A stretch of DNA of 64,000 bases. Source: Candidatus Latescibacterota bacterium. GTDB taxonomy: Bacteria; Latescibacterota; UBA2968; UBA8231. The position numbers and the translations under genes are program-made. This document shows, one piece after another, positions 50,353 through 60,213 of this stretch (within the stretch, counting starts at the first letter, position 1; every line of letters begins with the position of its first letter). The notes below the pieces were generated by a model that searched no databases, had not been told where the DNA came from, and saw only the letters and a list, made by a program, of their open reading frames with translations. Where the stretch lies: positions 6,816,001 through 6,880,000 of the forward strand of contig OZ242214.1 in assembly GCA_965206595.1 (NCBI GenBank), given 5' to 3'.

Positions 50353-52971
50353 ATGAAGTGGACATTGGCAGCGGCGGCGTTGTGGATGGTGGCACCGGCG
50401 TCAACGCCATCCGGGGCCGAGCCGGCGGACCGTCCGCGCGAGAACATCGCGTTGGGAGCGAGCTACACCCTGGAGCCGAATCCGAATTACGGGCTTTGCA
50501 CGGACCCCGGTGACCACGAGCAACTGACGGACGGGGTGTACACGGACGGCTATTTCTGGGCACAGCAGTCGACGGTGGGCTGGCAGGAAAAGACACCTTC
50601 GATCCTGACGCTGGACCTGGGTACGGTGAGGCCCATACGGGGGGTCTCGTTCAGTACGGCGGCGGGGTTTGCAGACGTGAGGTGGCCGCTGACGATCCGC
50701 ATCCTGGTGGCGGGGGAAGCCAAGGAGTTCCATGAAATCGGGGAGCTGGTGCAGTTGAGCGCGGAACAACACGGTCCGTTCGCACCGACGAAAGCGAGCG
50801 ATGCCATGTGGGCCCGGGAGGGCATGGGTTTCAATGAGGCGGAGATACATCATCATTACGACGGCAACCGGGATCGGTACCCGCCGGAGCTCGCCCCCGA
50901 AGTGCGTCAGCAGATCCTCCGCGATCTCAACGAAGAGCGCGCCGCCCGGTATGGGACGCATCGGTACTGGACGGACCGGCTGCGGACGCACGGCCGCTAT
51001 GTCAGCCTGGTGGTGTGGAGCGAGCCGTACACGTTCGTGGACGAGATCGAGGTCTACGCGGGAGAGCCGGAGTGGGTGGATGAGCCGCTGCCGGGTCCGG
51101 CCATCGCGGACGTGAAGGCGTATGCGGGCCGGATCGCCATCCAGAAAGGGATCCGGACGCGCCTTGTTGGGGACATCGAGGCCCTGAGGAAGGAGGCGGC
51201 GGATGAGGGGGTCCCGGTGCAGACGCGGAAGGATGTTCTGGGCGAGTTGGCGGCCGTGGAAGGGGAGTTGGGGCCGGCCACGGACTTCGGGGATGACTTC
51301 CAGGCGGTGCTGCCGTTGAATGCGTGGCACGAACGGGTGTTGCGCACGCAGGCGTGGCTGTGGCGCGCCCGGGGCCTGGAGCCGCTTGCGTTCTGGCGTT
51401 CGAACCTGTGGGATCCGCTTCCCCTAACCGGCATGCCGGACACCGCGGCGGAACCGGCCGTCGAGGTGCACATGATGCGGAAGGAATACCGCGCCGCGGC
51501 GTTCAATGTGAGCAACAGCAGTGACGGACCGATGCAGGTGGCGTTCCGTTTGAGCGGGCTGCCCGGGGGCGACAATCCGGAGTATGTGACCGTTCACGAG
51601 GTGGCATGGACCGACACGCGGAGCGGGGTGCCGGTGGCGGCGGCACTGCCTGAGGTTTCTGCCGAGAACAATCTGTATACGGTCTCCGTGCCCTCGGGCA
51701 TGACGCGGCAAGTGTGGCTCACCTTCCATCCGGTGGACGTGGAGCCGGGCACCTATGAGGGCGAGGTCGTCGTGGCGTCCGTGCCGGGGGGCAAGCGGTT
51801 CCCGTTGCGCATGCACCTGTATCCGCTGGACTTCCCGGAGAAGCAGTCGCTTCACTTCGGCGGATGGGACTACACGGACCGGGTCGGTCACTTCCGCTTT
51901 CTGACGGAGCAGAACCGGCCGGCGATCATCGAGCACCTGCGCGAACACCTCGTCGACTCGCCTTGGGCCCTCAAGCTGGCGCTGCCGCGGGGCACCCACG
52001 ATGCGCAGGGGGGAATGACTTCGCCGCCCGACACCGGCTACTTCGATGCCTGGATCGAATTGTGGCCGGATGCGGCCCAGTACCTCGTGTTCGCGAAAGT
52101 TGGCAGGCAGTTCGAGTCGTGGCCCATGGGCACGCCGGAGTTCAACACGGCGGTCAAGGCGTGGATCACGTTCTGGGCGGAGCATATGGTGGCCAAGGGG
52201 TTGCAGCCGGAACAGTTGGCGCTGCTCCTCGTGGACGAGCCTGACGAGCCGTTCATGGACGAGCGCATTCTGGCGTGGGCGAAGCCGATCCGCGAAGCCG
52301 ACACGGGAGTCCGCATCTGGGAGGATACCAACCACCGGGACATGGACCGGGCGAATCAGGAGATGATCGATGCCTGCCACGTCCTGTGCCCGAACTACGC
52401 GGCCTTCCTGAGACAGGGCCAGGATTATCGCGACTACTACCTGAAGAAGCGGGATCAGGGGATCGGGTTGGAGTTCTACGCGGCGTGGACGGGCAGGGTC
52501 TTCGATCCGTACGCCGGCCGCCTCATGGCGTGGACGAGCTGGCGTTATGGAGCGACGGCCATCTACATGTGGTCGCTGACCGACACGGGCGGAGCGTCAT
52601 CCTGGAACGAGTATCTCACCTTCAAGGATGCGTACTCGCCAATCTTCCTCGACGAGGACTCGGTGACCGCCGGGAAACACCTCGAGGCGGCCCGGGAAGG
52701 GATGGAGGACTACGATTACTTCTCCATGCTGGAGCGGGCGGTCCGGAAGGCGTCCGCGCAGGGAAGGACGGGGCCGGAGGTGGCGGAGGCGCGCCGGTTG
52801 CTGGAAAGTCTGCCGGCCCGTGTCTGTGATGCTGCGGGCCACGGGGGCGGGATCGCCTCCGACGAGCCCCTGGGCGGCTTTCACTGGCTCAACGAGAAAG
52901 TGGACCGCACGCTGGCGGACGAAGCGCGGATCCGGGTGTTGGCGGCGTTGACGGCTCTGGCTGAGCTCTGA
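50353..52971 (+). CDS. Secreted protein with discoidin-like N-domain and GH123/DUF4091-like C-terminal region
   Basis: Signal peptide; QLTDG..VGW..LTLDLG..FVDEIEV; VDEP and EAAREGMEDYDY motifs. Confidence 0.65.
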   Translation: MKWTLAAAALWMVAPASTPSGAEPADRPRENIALGASYTLEPNPNYGLCTDPGDHEQLTDGVYTDGYFWAQQSTVGWQEKTPSILTLDLGTVRPIRGVSFSTAAGFADVRWPLTIRILVAGEAKEFHEIGELVQLSAEQHGPFAPTKASDAMWAREGMGFNEAEIHHHYDGNRDRYPPELAPEVRQQILRDLNEERAARYGTHRYWTDRLRTHGRYVSLVVWSEPYTFVDEIEVYAGEPEWVDEPLPGPAIADVKAYAGRIAIQKGIRTRLVGDIEALRKEAADEGVPVQTRKDVLGELAAVEGELGPATDFGDDFQAVLPLNAWHERVLRTQAWLWRARGLEPLAFWRSNLWDPLPLTGMPDTAAEPAVEVHMMRKEYRAAAFNVSNSSDGPMQVAFRLSGLPGGDNPEYVTVHEVAWTDTRSGVPVAAALPEVSAENNLYTVSVPSGMTRQVWLTFHPVDVEPGTYEGEVVVASVPGGKRFPLRMHLYPLDFPEKQSLHFGGWDYTDRVGHFRFLTEQNRPAIIEHLREHLVDSPWALKLALPRGTHDAQGGMTSPPDTGYFDAWIELWPDAAQYLVFAKVGRQFESWPMGTPEFNTAVKAWITFWAEHMVAKGLQPEQLALLLVDEPDEPFMDERILAWAKPIREADTGVRIWEDTNHRDMDRANQEMIDACHVLCPNYAAFLRQGQDYRDYYLKKRDQGIGLEFYAAWTGRVFDPYAGRLMAWTSWRYGATAIYMWSLTDTGGASSWNEYLTFKDAYSPIFLDEDSVTAGKHLEAAREGMEDYDYFSMLERAVRKASAQGRTGPEVAEARRLLESLPARVCDAAGHGGGIASDEPLGGFHWLNEKVDRTLADEARIRVLAALTALAEL

Positions 52972-52997
52972 GCTCAGGCGTTTTGGTGTGGGTGCGA

Positions 52998-53903
52998 TCA
53001 GTCGGCGGGACTTCGGTCCAGTGTCTCCAGCCAGCGATACCCATAGCTTGGAACGTCCGGGGACGCGGGGGTTTCCTCCCCGGCGAACATGTCGAAGCGC
53101 TCGACTCGCAGACGATAACTGTACCCGTGCCACGGGTTGAAACCGACGATTTCGCTGCGAAACGCCTCCCCATTGACCACGTTGCAGTACACCTGGTTGC
53201 CGCCGCCGCAGTCGATCCGGTGCGGGGCGACGGTTATCTCTTCTTCGATCCCGGCGGCTTCGGTCTTCGAGACGAGCGAATTCAATACGTACCTGCCGTC
53301 GCTGTACCTGTTTACGTCGAGGGTGTAGTAATAGCCGGCCTCGTATTCGAAACCGGTGACTATGTCGGTGTACGGGGCGCCGTCAACCAACAGGCAGAAG
53401 TCGTCGATCTGCGAACATTTCACCCGCGCCGGTCCCAGGGACACAGTCGCCGGACTAGATGCGGCGGGGGTCTTTTCCAGCTGTTCCAGCAGGCGATAAG
53501 CGTATCGGCCGGCATCCTGCGGCGGCTCCTTTCCATCCCAGGGGTCGTACTTCTCGATTCGCAGGCGATAGTCGTAGCCCGCTTCGTAATCGAAGCCCTC
53601 GATCGCATCGTAGAACAGGAAACCGTCAACCACCATGCAGGTCCGTTCGCCCACGCCGTAGCATCTGGCCAGAGTCGGGCCCACCGTCACCACCTGCGCC
53701 GTTCCGGAAACATCGGAGGTCTCCGGTCGGGCCGTGAAATCGTCGACGACACTGCTGCTTCTGCTGTTGTCGATGCCGGCTACCGGCTCCGAGAAGGTCA
53801 CGGCGCTGGAGATGCGCTTGGCTGCCGACTGACTCCCGACCGGATTGTTGTCTCGATAGCAGGAGGCAAAAATCAAAGCGGCGAGGAAAACCACGAACGG
53901 CAT
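52998..53903 (-). CDS. Lipoprotein with three tandem DUF4377-like repeats
   Basis: Lipobox FASC; three units of C-x6/7-C..V.G..I.GF.(YE)AGY.Y.L. Confidence 0.75.
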   Translation of the reverse strand: MPFVVFLAALIFASCYRDNNPVGSQSAAKRISSAVTFSEPVAGIDNSRSSSVVDDFTARPETSDVSGTAQVVTVGPTLARCYGVGERTCMVVDGFLFYDAIEGFDYEAGYDYRLRIEKYDPWDGKEPPQDAGRYAYRLLEQLEKTPAASSPATVSLGPARVKCSQIDDFCLLVDGAPYTDIVTGFEYEAGYYYTLDVNRYSDGRYVLNSLVSKTEAAGIEEEITVAPHRIDCGGGNQVYCNVVNGEAFRSEIVGFNPWHGYSYRLRVERFDMFAGEETPASPDVPSYGYRWLETLDRSPAD

Positions 53904-54021
53904 GGGAGGGGTTCTCTCTTCCTTGACATTGTCATGACAGGTCCATCGGGACGGATTCGTCGAGGCTCCTTTTGCCTCTTGCATTTCTTCATTGCCCAGC
54001 GGTAGAACTCACAGGCAGAAG

Positions 54022-55008
54022 TCAGGTGTTGAGAGCTGGCCCCCAGTATTTCCAGAGGTTCTCCGACACGTCGTAGCGCTCGAGCTTCCGGCCCGGGTGA
54101 CCGGGTGGCAGAAAGCCTGTCGCCTCCGCTTGCTCGTCAGACTCCGAAGTTCTGCCGACGTTCGGTGACCGCGCCGGGGGCGACCATGGCGTGCCATCCT
54201 TGTCGGGAAACATGACCATGGGTGCCTGCTCGCGCATTAGCCTGTGGCAGTACCGTGCAAACTGCGCAACCCGCGGTTGCCGTGATCCCGCGGCGTTGGC
54301 CGAGCCGACGTGCGTAGTGAGGCCGTGCAACAGCATTGCATCGCCAGCTCGCCCCGTCATGCATGCCACTTCCCCCACATTGGGATCCCCCTCCAGGAGG
54401 GCCCGGTGCCCGCCGCTTTTCACGGGCTCCGTGAAGAGGTAGGAGCCGTCGAATTGCTCGGGGTGCTCGAGGAAGTACCGGTGGTTCGCCAGGTGCGACC
54501 TCGGCCACCAGGCCGTGCCTCCGCCCCTGGGGCTGCTGACGTCCCAGAGCAGCACGGCGAAGAACGCCATGAACCCGCCGCCCCAGCCTGTCGCGTACCC
54601 ATCGAGGTGACCTTCGACAGGGGGGGCCCACTCCGTGCCCGGCTCGCTCGGCAGGATCACCCGCGTCATCGGCACCTGCGGCGTCCACGGCTGCCCCGCT
54701 GGGTGGGAGGGGGCAAAGGCGCCGCCACCGATCTGCTCCACGATGGACCGCAGGTTCGGCAACTCGTACAGGCCGGGACTGAACTCTGGCCAACCACCCT
54801 CGGGTGCATAGCGCCCAGGGGGCCAAGTGGTGCCGGGATCGTCGAGGTCGACGCCGTCTGAGCAGGCAGCGCGTACCTGGTCCTGCCACCCGCCAAGCAC
54901 ATCGGGAGGTACCAATCCCGGAATCGGGAGCGCGCCCTCTGCTTTGAACTCGTCCAGCTGGGCAGGCGACAGCAGCATCCCGGGCCCGCAACTTTCTGAT
55001 TTATTCAT
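54022..55008 (-). CDS. PhyH-family Fe(II)/2OG oxygenase
   Basis: LSPAQLDEFKAEG, HLDGY, GGTAWWPRSH, GRAGDAMLLH..TTH. Confidence 0.75.
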   Translation of the reverse strand: MNKSESCGPGMLLSPAQLDEFKAEGALPIPGLVPPDVLGGWQDQVRAACSDGVDLDDPGTTWPPGRYAPEGGWPEFSPGLYELPNLRSIVEQIGGGAFAPSHPAGQPWTPQVPMTRVILPSEPGTEWAPPVEGHLDGYATGWGGGFMAFFAVLLWDVSSPRGGGTAWWPRSHLANHRYFLEHPEQFDGSYLFTEPVKSGGHRALLEGDPNVGEVACMTGRAGDAMLLHGLTTHVGSANAAGSRQPRVAQFARYCHRLMREQAPMVMFPDKDGTPWSPPARSPNVGRTSESDEQAEATGFLPPGHPGRKLERYDVSENLWKYWGPALNT

Positions 55009-55269
55009 TGATCAACACTCCATTTGGTAAATTCGGGACCATCCGAATCTTCGTAGTAATCCTTCAGCATTTCAAGCCCCAACTGCTTCTTCCTATGGGG
55101 CCTACCATTAGGAACTTCTCCTGATGGATACGACTACGCTACGCTGTGGTTGCTGGATCTGCAACGAAGGCAATGGCATATCAGGTGCAAGTGGACGCGC
55201 TGAGCCGAATGCCGCCGATCGCGACCGCATCGTACCGGGGTCGCAGGAAGCGCCTACGGAGGGACGCTG

Positions 55270-55490
55270 CGAATCGAGGATGCGCAGACGCCCCGACGCC
55301 AGGGCCGGCCGGACCACGGCGGCATAAGCGTTCGAGCCCCTGCCGGTCAGGGGCCGCGATCCGCGTGTAGCGGCATGCAGCGAAAAGCCGCGCGAGGCGA
55401 AGCACAAGGGCGCTGTACGCACCCCGGTTGCCGGATCTTGCAGGAACCTCGCAAGCGCTGGCCGGCGCGTGCCCCGCCGGGCTGCGCGAA
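55270..55490 (-). mobile_element. IS91-family transposase internal fragment
   Basis: GFSLHAATR / DRQGLERLCR / RPALASGRL motifs across shifted frames. Confidence 0.7.
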
Positions 55491-55499
55491 GCGAAGGGC

Positions 55500-55798
55500 T
55501 GGCAGAAGACGATCCCCCCGTTGCGCGGCGGCAGGACAGCGCTACCTGGAGCGCACCACTGCGATGCTCCGCAGGTCCGGATGGCGGGTGGTCAACGTCG
55601 ATGCTACAATTATCCCTCCAGCGCCCCAGGCTCTCGGAGTACATCCCGGCCATGCAGTGGGCCATCGCCGCCGCGCTGGGTGTGGAGCTCTCCGCCGGGA
55701 GCCTCAAGGCCACCACCGAGGACGGCCTCGGGTATACCGGCTCAGAAACGGGGGCAGCGGCCATGGCCGTGGCATCCATCACAGGCGGCAACCCATGA
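55500..55798 (+). pseudogene. ispF: MECDP synthase C-terminal remnant
   Basis: GWRVVNVDATII / QRPRL..YIPAM..SLKATTEDGLGYTG..GAAAMAV, frameshifted; abuts cysS. Confidence 0.75.
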
Positions 55799-56557
55799 AA
55801 ACTCTCCGACACCCTCACCGGCGAGAAGCGCGATTTCGCACCCGCTGGCGATGAGGTTCGCATCTACGTCTGCGGCGTCACCCCCTACTCTTCCGCGCAC
55901 GTCGGCCACGCGATGAGCTGCATCATCTTCGACGTACTCCATCGCTACCTGGAGTTCCGGGGCTTCACCGTCCGCCGTGTCCAGAACTTCACGGACATAG
56001 ACGACAAGCTCATCGACCGCGCCATCCAGGAAGGCACGACCGTCAAGGCACTGGCCGAGCAGCACATCGCCGAATACTTCGCGAACATGGCAGCGCTCAA
56101 CGTACGCGAGGCCGACGAGTACCCCCGCGCTACGCAGGAGGTGCCGATGATCATCGAGGTAATCTCCGGCCTCATCAACAGCGGCCACGCCTACGAGTCC
56201 AACGGCGACGTCTACTTCCGCGTCCGCAGCGACGACCAGAACGGCAAGCTCAGCCGCCGCTCACTGGACGCGATGCGGGCAGGCGCGCGCATCGAGCCGA
56301 GCGTGCAGAAGGAGCACCCCATGGACTTCGCGCTCTGGAAGTCGGCCAAGCCCGGCGAGCCGTCGTGGGAGAGTCCGTGGGGCGTCGGACGCCCCGGCTG
56401 GCACATCGAGTGCTCCACGATGGCGCTGCGCAACCTCGGCGAGAGCATACGCGACTTCGCTGGCGCCGACGCCGTCCGTGAGCAGCTCACGGCGATGGGC
56501 ATCGAACTCACGGACTCGCCGCCCTGCACAACCTGGCGCGTCGTGGGGAAAGATTGA
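55795..56557 (+). pseudogene. cysS: Cysteinyl-tRNA synthetase remnant (5' frameshift, large internal deletion)
   Basis: YVCGVTPY..HVGHA, NFTDIDDK, DFALWK, GRPGWHIECS joined directly to the C-terminal DFAGADAVR; no KMSKS. Confidence 0.85.
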
Positions 56558-56595
56558 TTGATGAAGTCAGAAGACATAGCTAAGGAGAACGACGG

Positions 56596-58072
56596 ATGTT
56601 GAAAGAATTACACCTCACCAACTTCAAGGCGTGGCGAAGACTGGAAATGCGCCTTGGAAGGATCACCGGCGTATTCGGTACGAACAGCTCCGGTAAGAGC
56701 AGTCTGCTCGAGTTCCTGCTCTTGCTGAAGCAGACCAAGACTGCGACAAATCGTGGCCTTGTATTGGATTTCGGCGGTCCTGGCGAACTAGTCAACATGG
56801 GAGGTTACCGAGATGTCGTCAATCGAGGAGACGAAGGACTTGACATCGAATGGACGCTGAACTGGGGACTGTCTGATGAACTCAGGATACGCGACCCGTC
56901 AGGCCGACGTACGGACGTACTAATGAAGGACCACAACCTGCAAACGAGCTGCTGCATTGGACTAAGGGGTCCGAATCTCACCACACGTCGTGTCAAGTAC
57001 AGGTTCGCCAATACCGAGTTCTTCATTGAGTCCAAAGCCGAGCGTCCTTCAGAGTTCGTTTTACTATCGCACGGCGCTCATGAACTCCATTTCATACGAA
57101 ATCAAGGACGTAAATGGGCGCTTCCAGAACCGGTCAAGACACACCTTTTCCCTGATCAAGCGCAGACCTACTTCCAGAATACCAGCTTTCTGAGTCAATT
57201 CCAAGCCGAATACGAAGCTCTGATGGATAGTGTATTCTATCTCGGACCGCTCCGCGAGTATCCGCAACGTGAATACCGATGGTCAGGAGCAAGTCCTGTC
57301 GATGTCGGGCCACGCGGGGAACACAGCGTTGATGCGATTCTTGCGGCTACATCGCGTAATGAGAGAATGAATCTTGAGCCCCGAGGGAAGCTCAAGACGT
57401 TCCAGGAAATGATTGCGCATTGGCTACAAGAGCTCGATTTGATTCATTCGTTTGAGATCAGAGAGATTGCACAGGGTTCGAACCTCTATCATGCGCGTGT
57501 ACGAGCGAATGCATCGAGTCCCGAAACGATGTTGACGGACGTCGGGTTTGGCGTCTCTAAGTGTCGAGATCAGAGAGATTGCACAGGGTTCGAACCTCTA
57601 TCATGCGCGTGTACGAGCGAATGCATCGAGTCCCGAAACGATGTTGACGGACGTCGGGTTTGGCGTCTCTAAAGTCCTCCCCGTGCTAGTGCTGTTGTAT
57701 TACGTACCAGAGGGCTCGATCGTCCTGATGGAGCAGCCGGAGATCCACCTGCATCCATCGGTGCAAAGCGGACTAGCTGACGTGATGCTGGCGGTAGCCA
57801 GACGACGCAACGTACAGATCATCGTGGAAAGCCACAGTGAGCATCTCCTGCGTCGTTTCCAGCGACGCGCCGCTGAGGGAGAAGCCGATTCATCCGATCT
57901 CAAACTCTACTTCGTGAGCAACAACCGTGGAGTCGCGAAACTCAATGACTTGGCCCTGAACGAGTTTGGCGAGATAGAGAACTGGCCCGACCACTTCTTC
58001 GGAGACGAAATGGGAGAGATCGCAGCGATCAGCGAAGCATCGCTCAAGAGACGAATAGAAGCGTCGAGATGA
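56596..58072 (+). CDS. ABC/AAA_21-type ATPase with DUF3696-like C-terminus; frame broken by a tandem duplication
   Basis: L.NFKAW, GTNSSGKSS Walker A, YLGPLR, DVGFGVS, MEQPEIHLHP, VESHSEH, NWPDHFF. Confidence 0.85.
57454..57672 (+). repeat. 107-bp direct repeat (offset 112) inside the ATPase gene
   Basis: 57454-57560 is identical to 57566-57672, separated by GTGTC. Confidence 0.9.
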
Positions 58073-58557
58073 CCAGTATTGTGGTGGATACCAACGTCGC
58101 TATCGCCGCCAACGGGAAGAACACTCATGCGGATCTGGACTGCCAACTGGCTTGCGTCGAAACGCTCAAAGCCGTGTGCCGCGATGCGGTAATCGTTCTT
58201 GACGACGGCAACCTCATTTTCGATGAGTACAAGGATCGGTTTAGTTTCGCAGGTGCTCCAGGAGTAGGAGATGCATTCTTCAAGCACGTGCACGATCACA
58301 TGTACGGTAGACAACGCGTGCGTCAGGTCTCGATTACGCCCTGCAACGATGGGCGCCGCAGCTTCGTCGAGCTGCCGGAAAACGAGATGGATGCGTCGGA
58401 TCGCAAGTTCCTCGCCGTCGCCGTGGTTGCTGAGGCCGGGATTCTCAACGCCACGGACAGCGACTGGAGCGAGCAGGAAGCGCTGACACGCGAGTTGGGA
58501 GTGAGCGTGCGCCAACTGTGTCCGCAGCATGCACGGAGATCCGCAAAAGAGCAATGA
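58069..58557 (+). CDS. PIN-domain-like putative ribonuclease
   Basis: IVVDTNV, IFDEY, DASDRKFLAVA, NATDSDW acidic pattern; ATGA overlap with the ATPase. Confidence 0.7.
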   Translation: MTSIVVDTNVAIAANGKNTHADLDCQLACVETLKAVCRDAVIVLDDGNLIFDEYKDRFSFAGAPGVGDAFFKHVHDHMYGRQRVRQVSITPCNDGRRSFVELPENEMDASDRKFLAVAVVAEAGILNATDSDWSEQEALTRELGVSVRQLCPQHARRSAKEQ

Positions 58558-59231
58558 GTGCAACTCTCCGGGCCGCCTCTCGAGTGTGGAAGTACCCTCG
58601 AACTCCGTACTGGCCGTACTCGCCAGCGCACTCCCGAGATGGAGACGCTCTGGCCGATCCTACGCGGTTTGTGGGGGGGGCGGTCGTGGTTCCCGAGAAG
58701 CTGGACGGGAGCAACACGCTGCTGCACGAGGGCGACGTTTATGCACGCAGCGTGTCCGCTCCTGCAACCGCGAAGTGGCTGGGGATGGTCAGGAAGCATC
58801 ATGCGTGGAAGGTCACCGGTTCGGACGTATTTCTCTATGGCGAAGAGATATACGGTGTGCACAGCATCGCGTATGACCCGGTCCCCGAAGACGCGACCTT
58901 CTATGCGTTCGCGCTGCGCTACGGAGATGGGTCGTTCGCCTCGTTCCGGGAGATGGCGGACTACGCGCGGTCGCGTGCCATCCCGGTGGTGCCGGTTCTG
59001 TTCGAGGGGACGTTCGGCTCCGTGCAGCAGGTTCGCGACTTCGTCAGCGAAGCGCACGCCCAGCCGTCAGCGCTGGGCGGGGAGCGGGAGGGCGTAGTGT
59101 TGCGCCTTGCGGCCGGGTTCCCGGCGGCGGACTTCGAGCACTGCGTCTGCAAGAGCGTTCGGGTGGGTCACGTACAATCGGACGAACATTGGTCGAAGCG
59201 CTGGCGGCCATGCCGCATAGCGAGCCGGTGA
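58554..59231 (+). CDS. ATP-dependent RNA ligase family protein (Rnl2-like adenylation domain)
   Basis: KYPRTP, EKLDGSN motif I, LYGE, FYAF, VPVL, EGVVLR, K.VR; ATGA overlap with the PIN gene. Confidence 0.85.
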   Translation: MSATLRAASRVWKYPRTPYWPYSPAHSRDGDALADPTRFVGGAVVVPEKLDGSNTLLHEGDVYARSVSAPATAKWLGMVRKHHAWKVTGSDVFLYGEEIYGVHSIAYDPVPEDATFYAFALRYGDGSFASFREMADYARSRAIPVVPVLFEGTFGSVQQVRDFVSEAHAQPSALGGEREGVVLRLAAGFPAADFEHCVCKSVRVGHVQSDEHWSKRWRPCRIASR

Positions 59232-59457
59232 GGGAGCCGGCCAACGAGGAACAAGTGCCCCGGAGGAATGTGGGTCAGATGCCGAGGTCGTACTGCTCGT
59301 AGTCGGTCAGGACGGCCTCGCGGTTCGTGTCGTGTTCATCAGATAGCCGCTTGCGGGTAAACGCCCCAACAAGCGGGCATACGGGAGCCTGACTTCGCGG
59401 GATGCCAGCGCGGTACGGCTCTCTATTTTATGGTCTCCGGCAAGGAAAATCGCGCCA

Positions 59458-60211
59458 GTGCCTTTCCTGAAGTTACATGGTATTGCATTCGCAAGCCTGT
59501 TGGTTTTGCATTCATCCGTTGGGTTCGCCGAAAAAAAACATGGTGTAGGTATCGATATTGGCGTATCAAATTACACAAGCCGTGACGATTTGGCGTCGCC
59601 CCTGTCCTATGGCGGACCGGGCCAGACAATTGGGGCCTTCTATGACTATAGAGGGGCAAAGAATCGGCATTGGGTGGGCGTCGCATATAGGACCGGTAAA
59701 TTGAGACCTTTGTCGTCGGCAAGTTCCGCGGACCACTATTACGGGCTCATCCAATACGGTTATGCGCGCCCGTTGTCAGGGGATTCCAGGGCAGTTATGA
59801 CATGGTGGTTCGGCGGAATCTGGGATAATATGGTTTCGGCAAGAGATTATTCCTTTGGCGCCCGTGCATTGAGAGGACCACCAATCGGCACAGCGGCCTC
59901 GACGCTCAACATGGTCATTTTGTGTGAGCTGCCGCGCCCTGAAAATCGCAGGGTTGTCTTCTCTCTGTCAGCCCCGTTTCTGGGCTATCTGTTTCGAAAC
60001 GGATATGCGGTGAGCGACTTTTCAGGGGGGGGTCATAACCAGCTTGAACAGTTACCAGCGAATTCGGTTTTCCGCCCAATATGAACACACTCTGGACGGT
60101 TATTGGACGCTCCGCCTTGCCTACAGTTTTATGTATCATCGATATGTTCAACCCTTAACGACGGTCTCAATCTTTCACGTCCTGCGTGCGGGCCTGTCGT
60201 TCCAATTCTGA
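59458..60211 (+). pseudogene. Outer-membrane beta-barrel frameshifted at a G8 run (60025-60032)
   Basis: Signal peptide, RDDLASPLSYGG; the second frame ends AGLSFQF* with terminal Phe. Confidence 0.6.
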
Positions 60212-60213
60212 GA

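Noticed and set aside
59270-59420. Minus-strand peptide ending ..EAVLTDYEQYDLGI*
   Set aside because: Looks like a short C-terminal gene scrap but is too small to assign.
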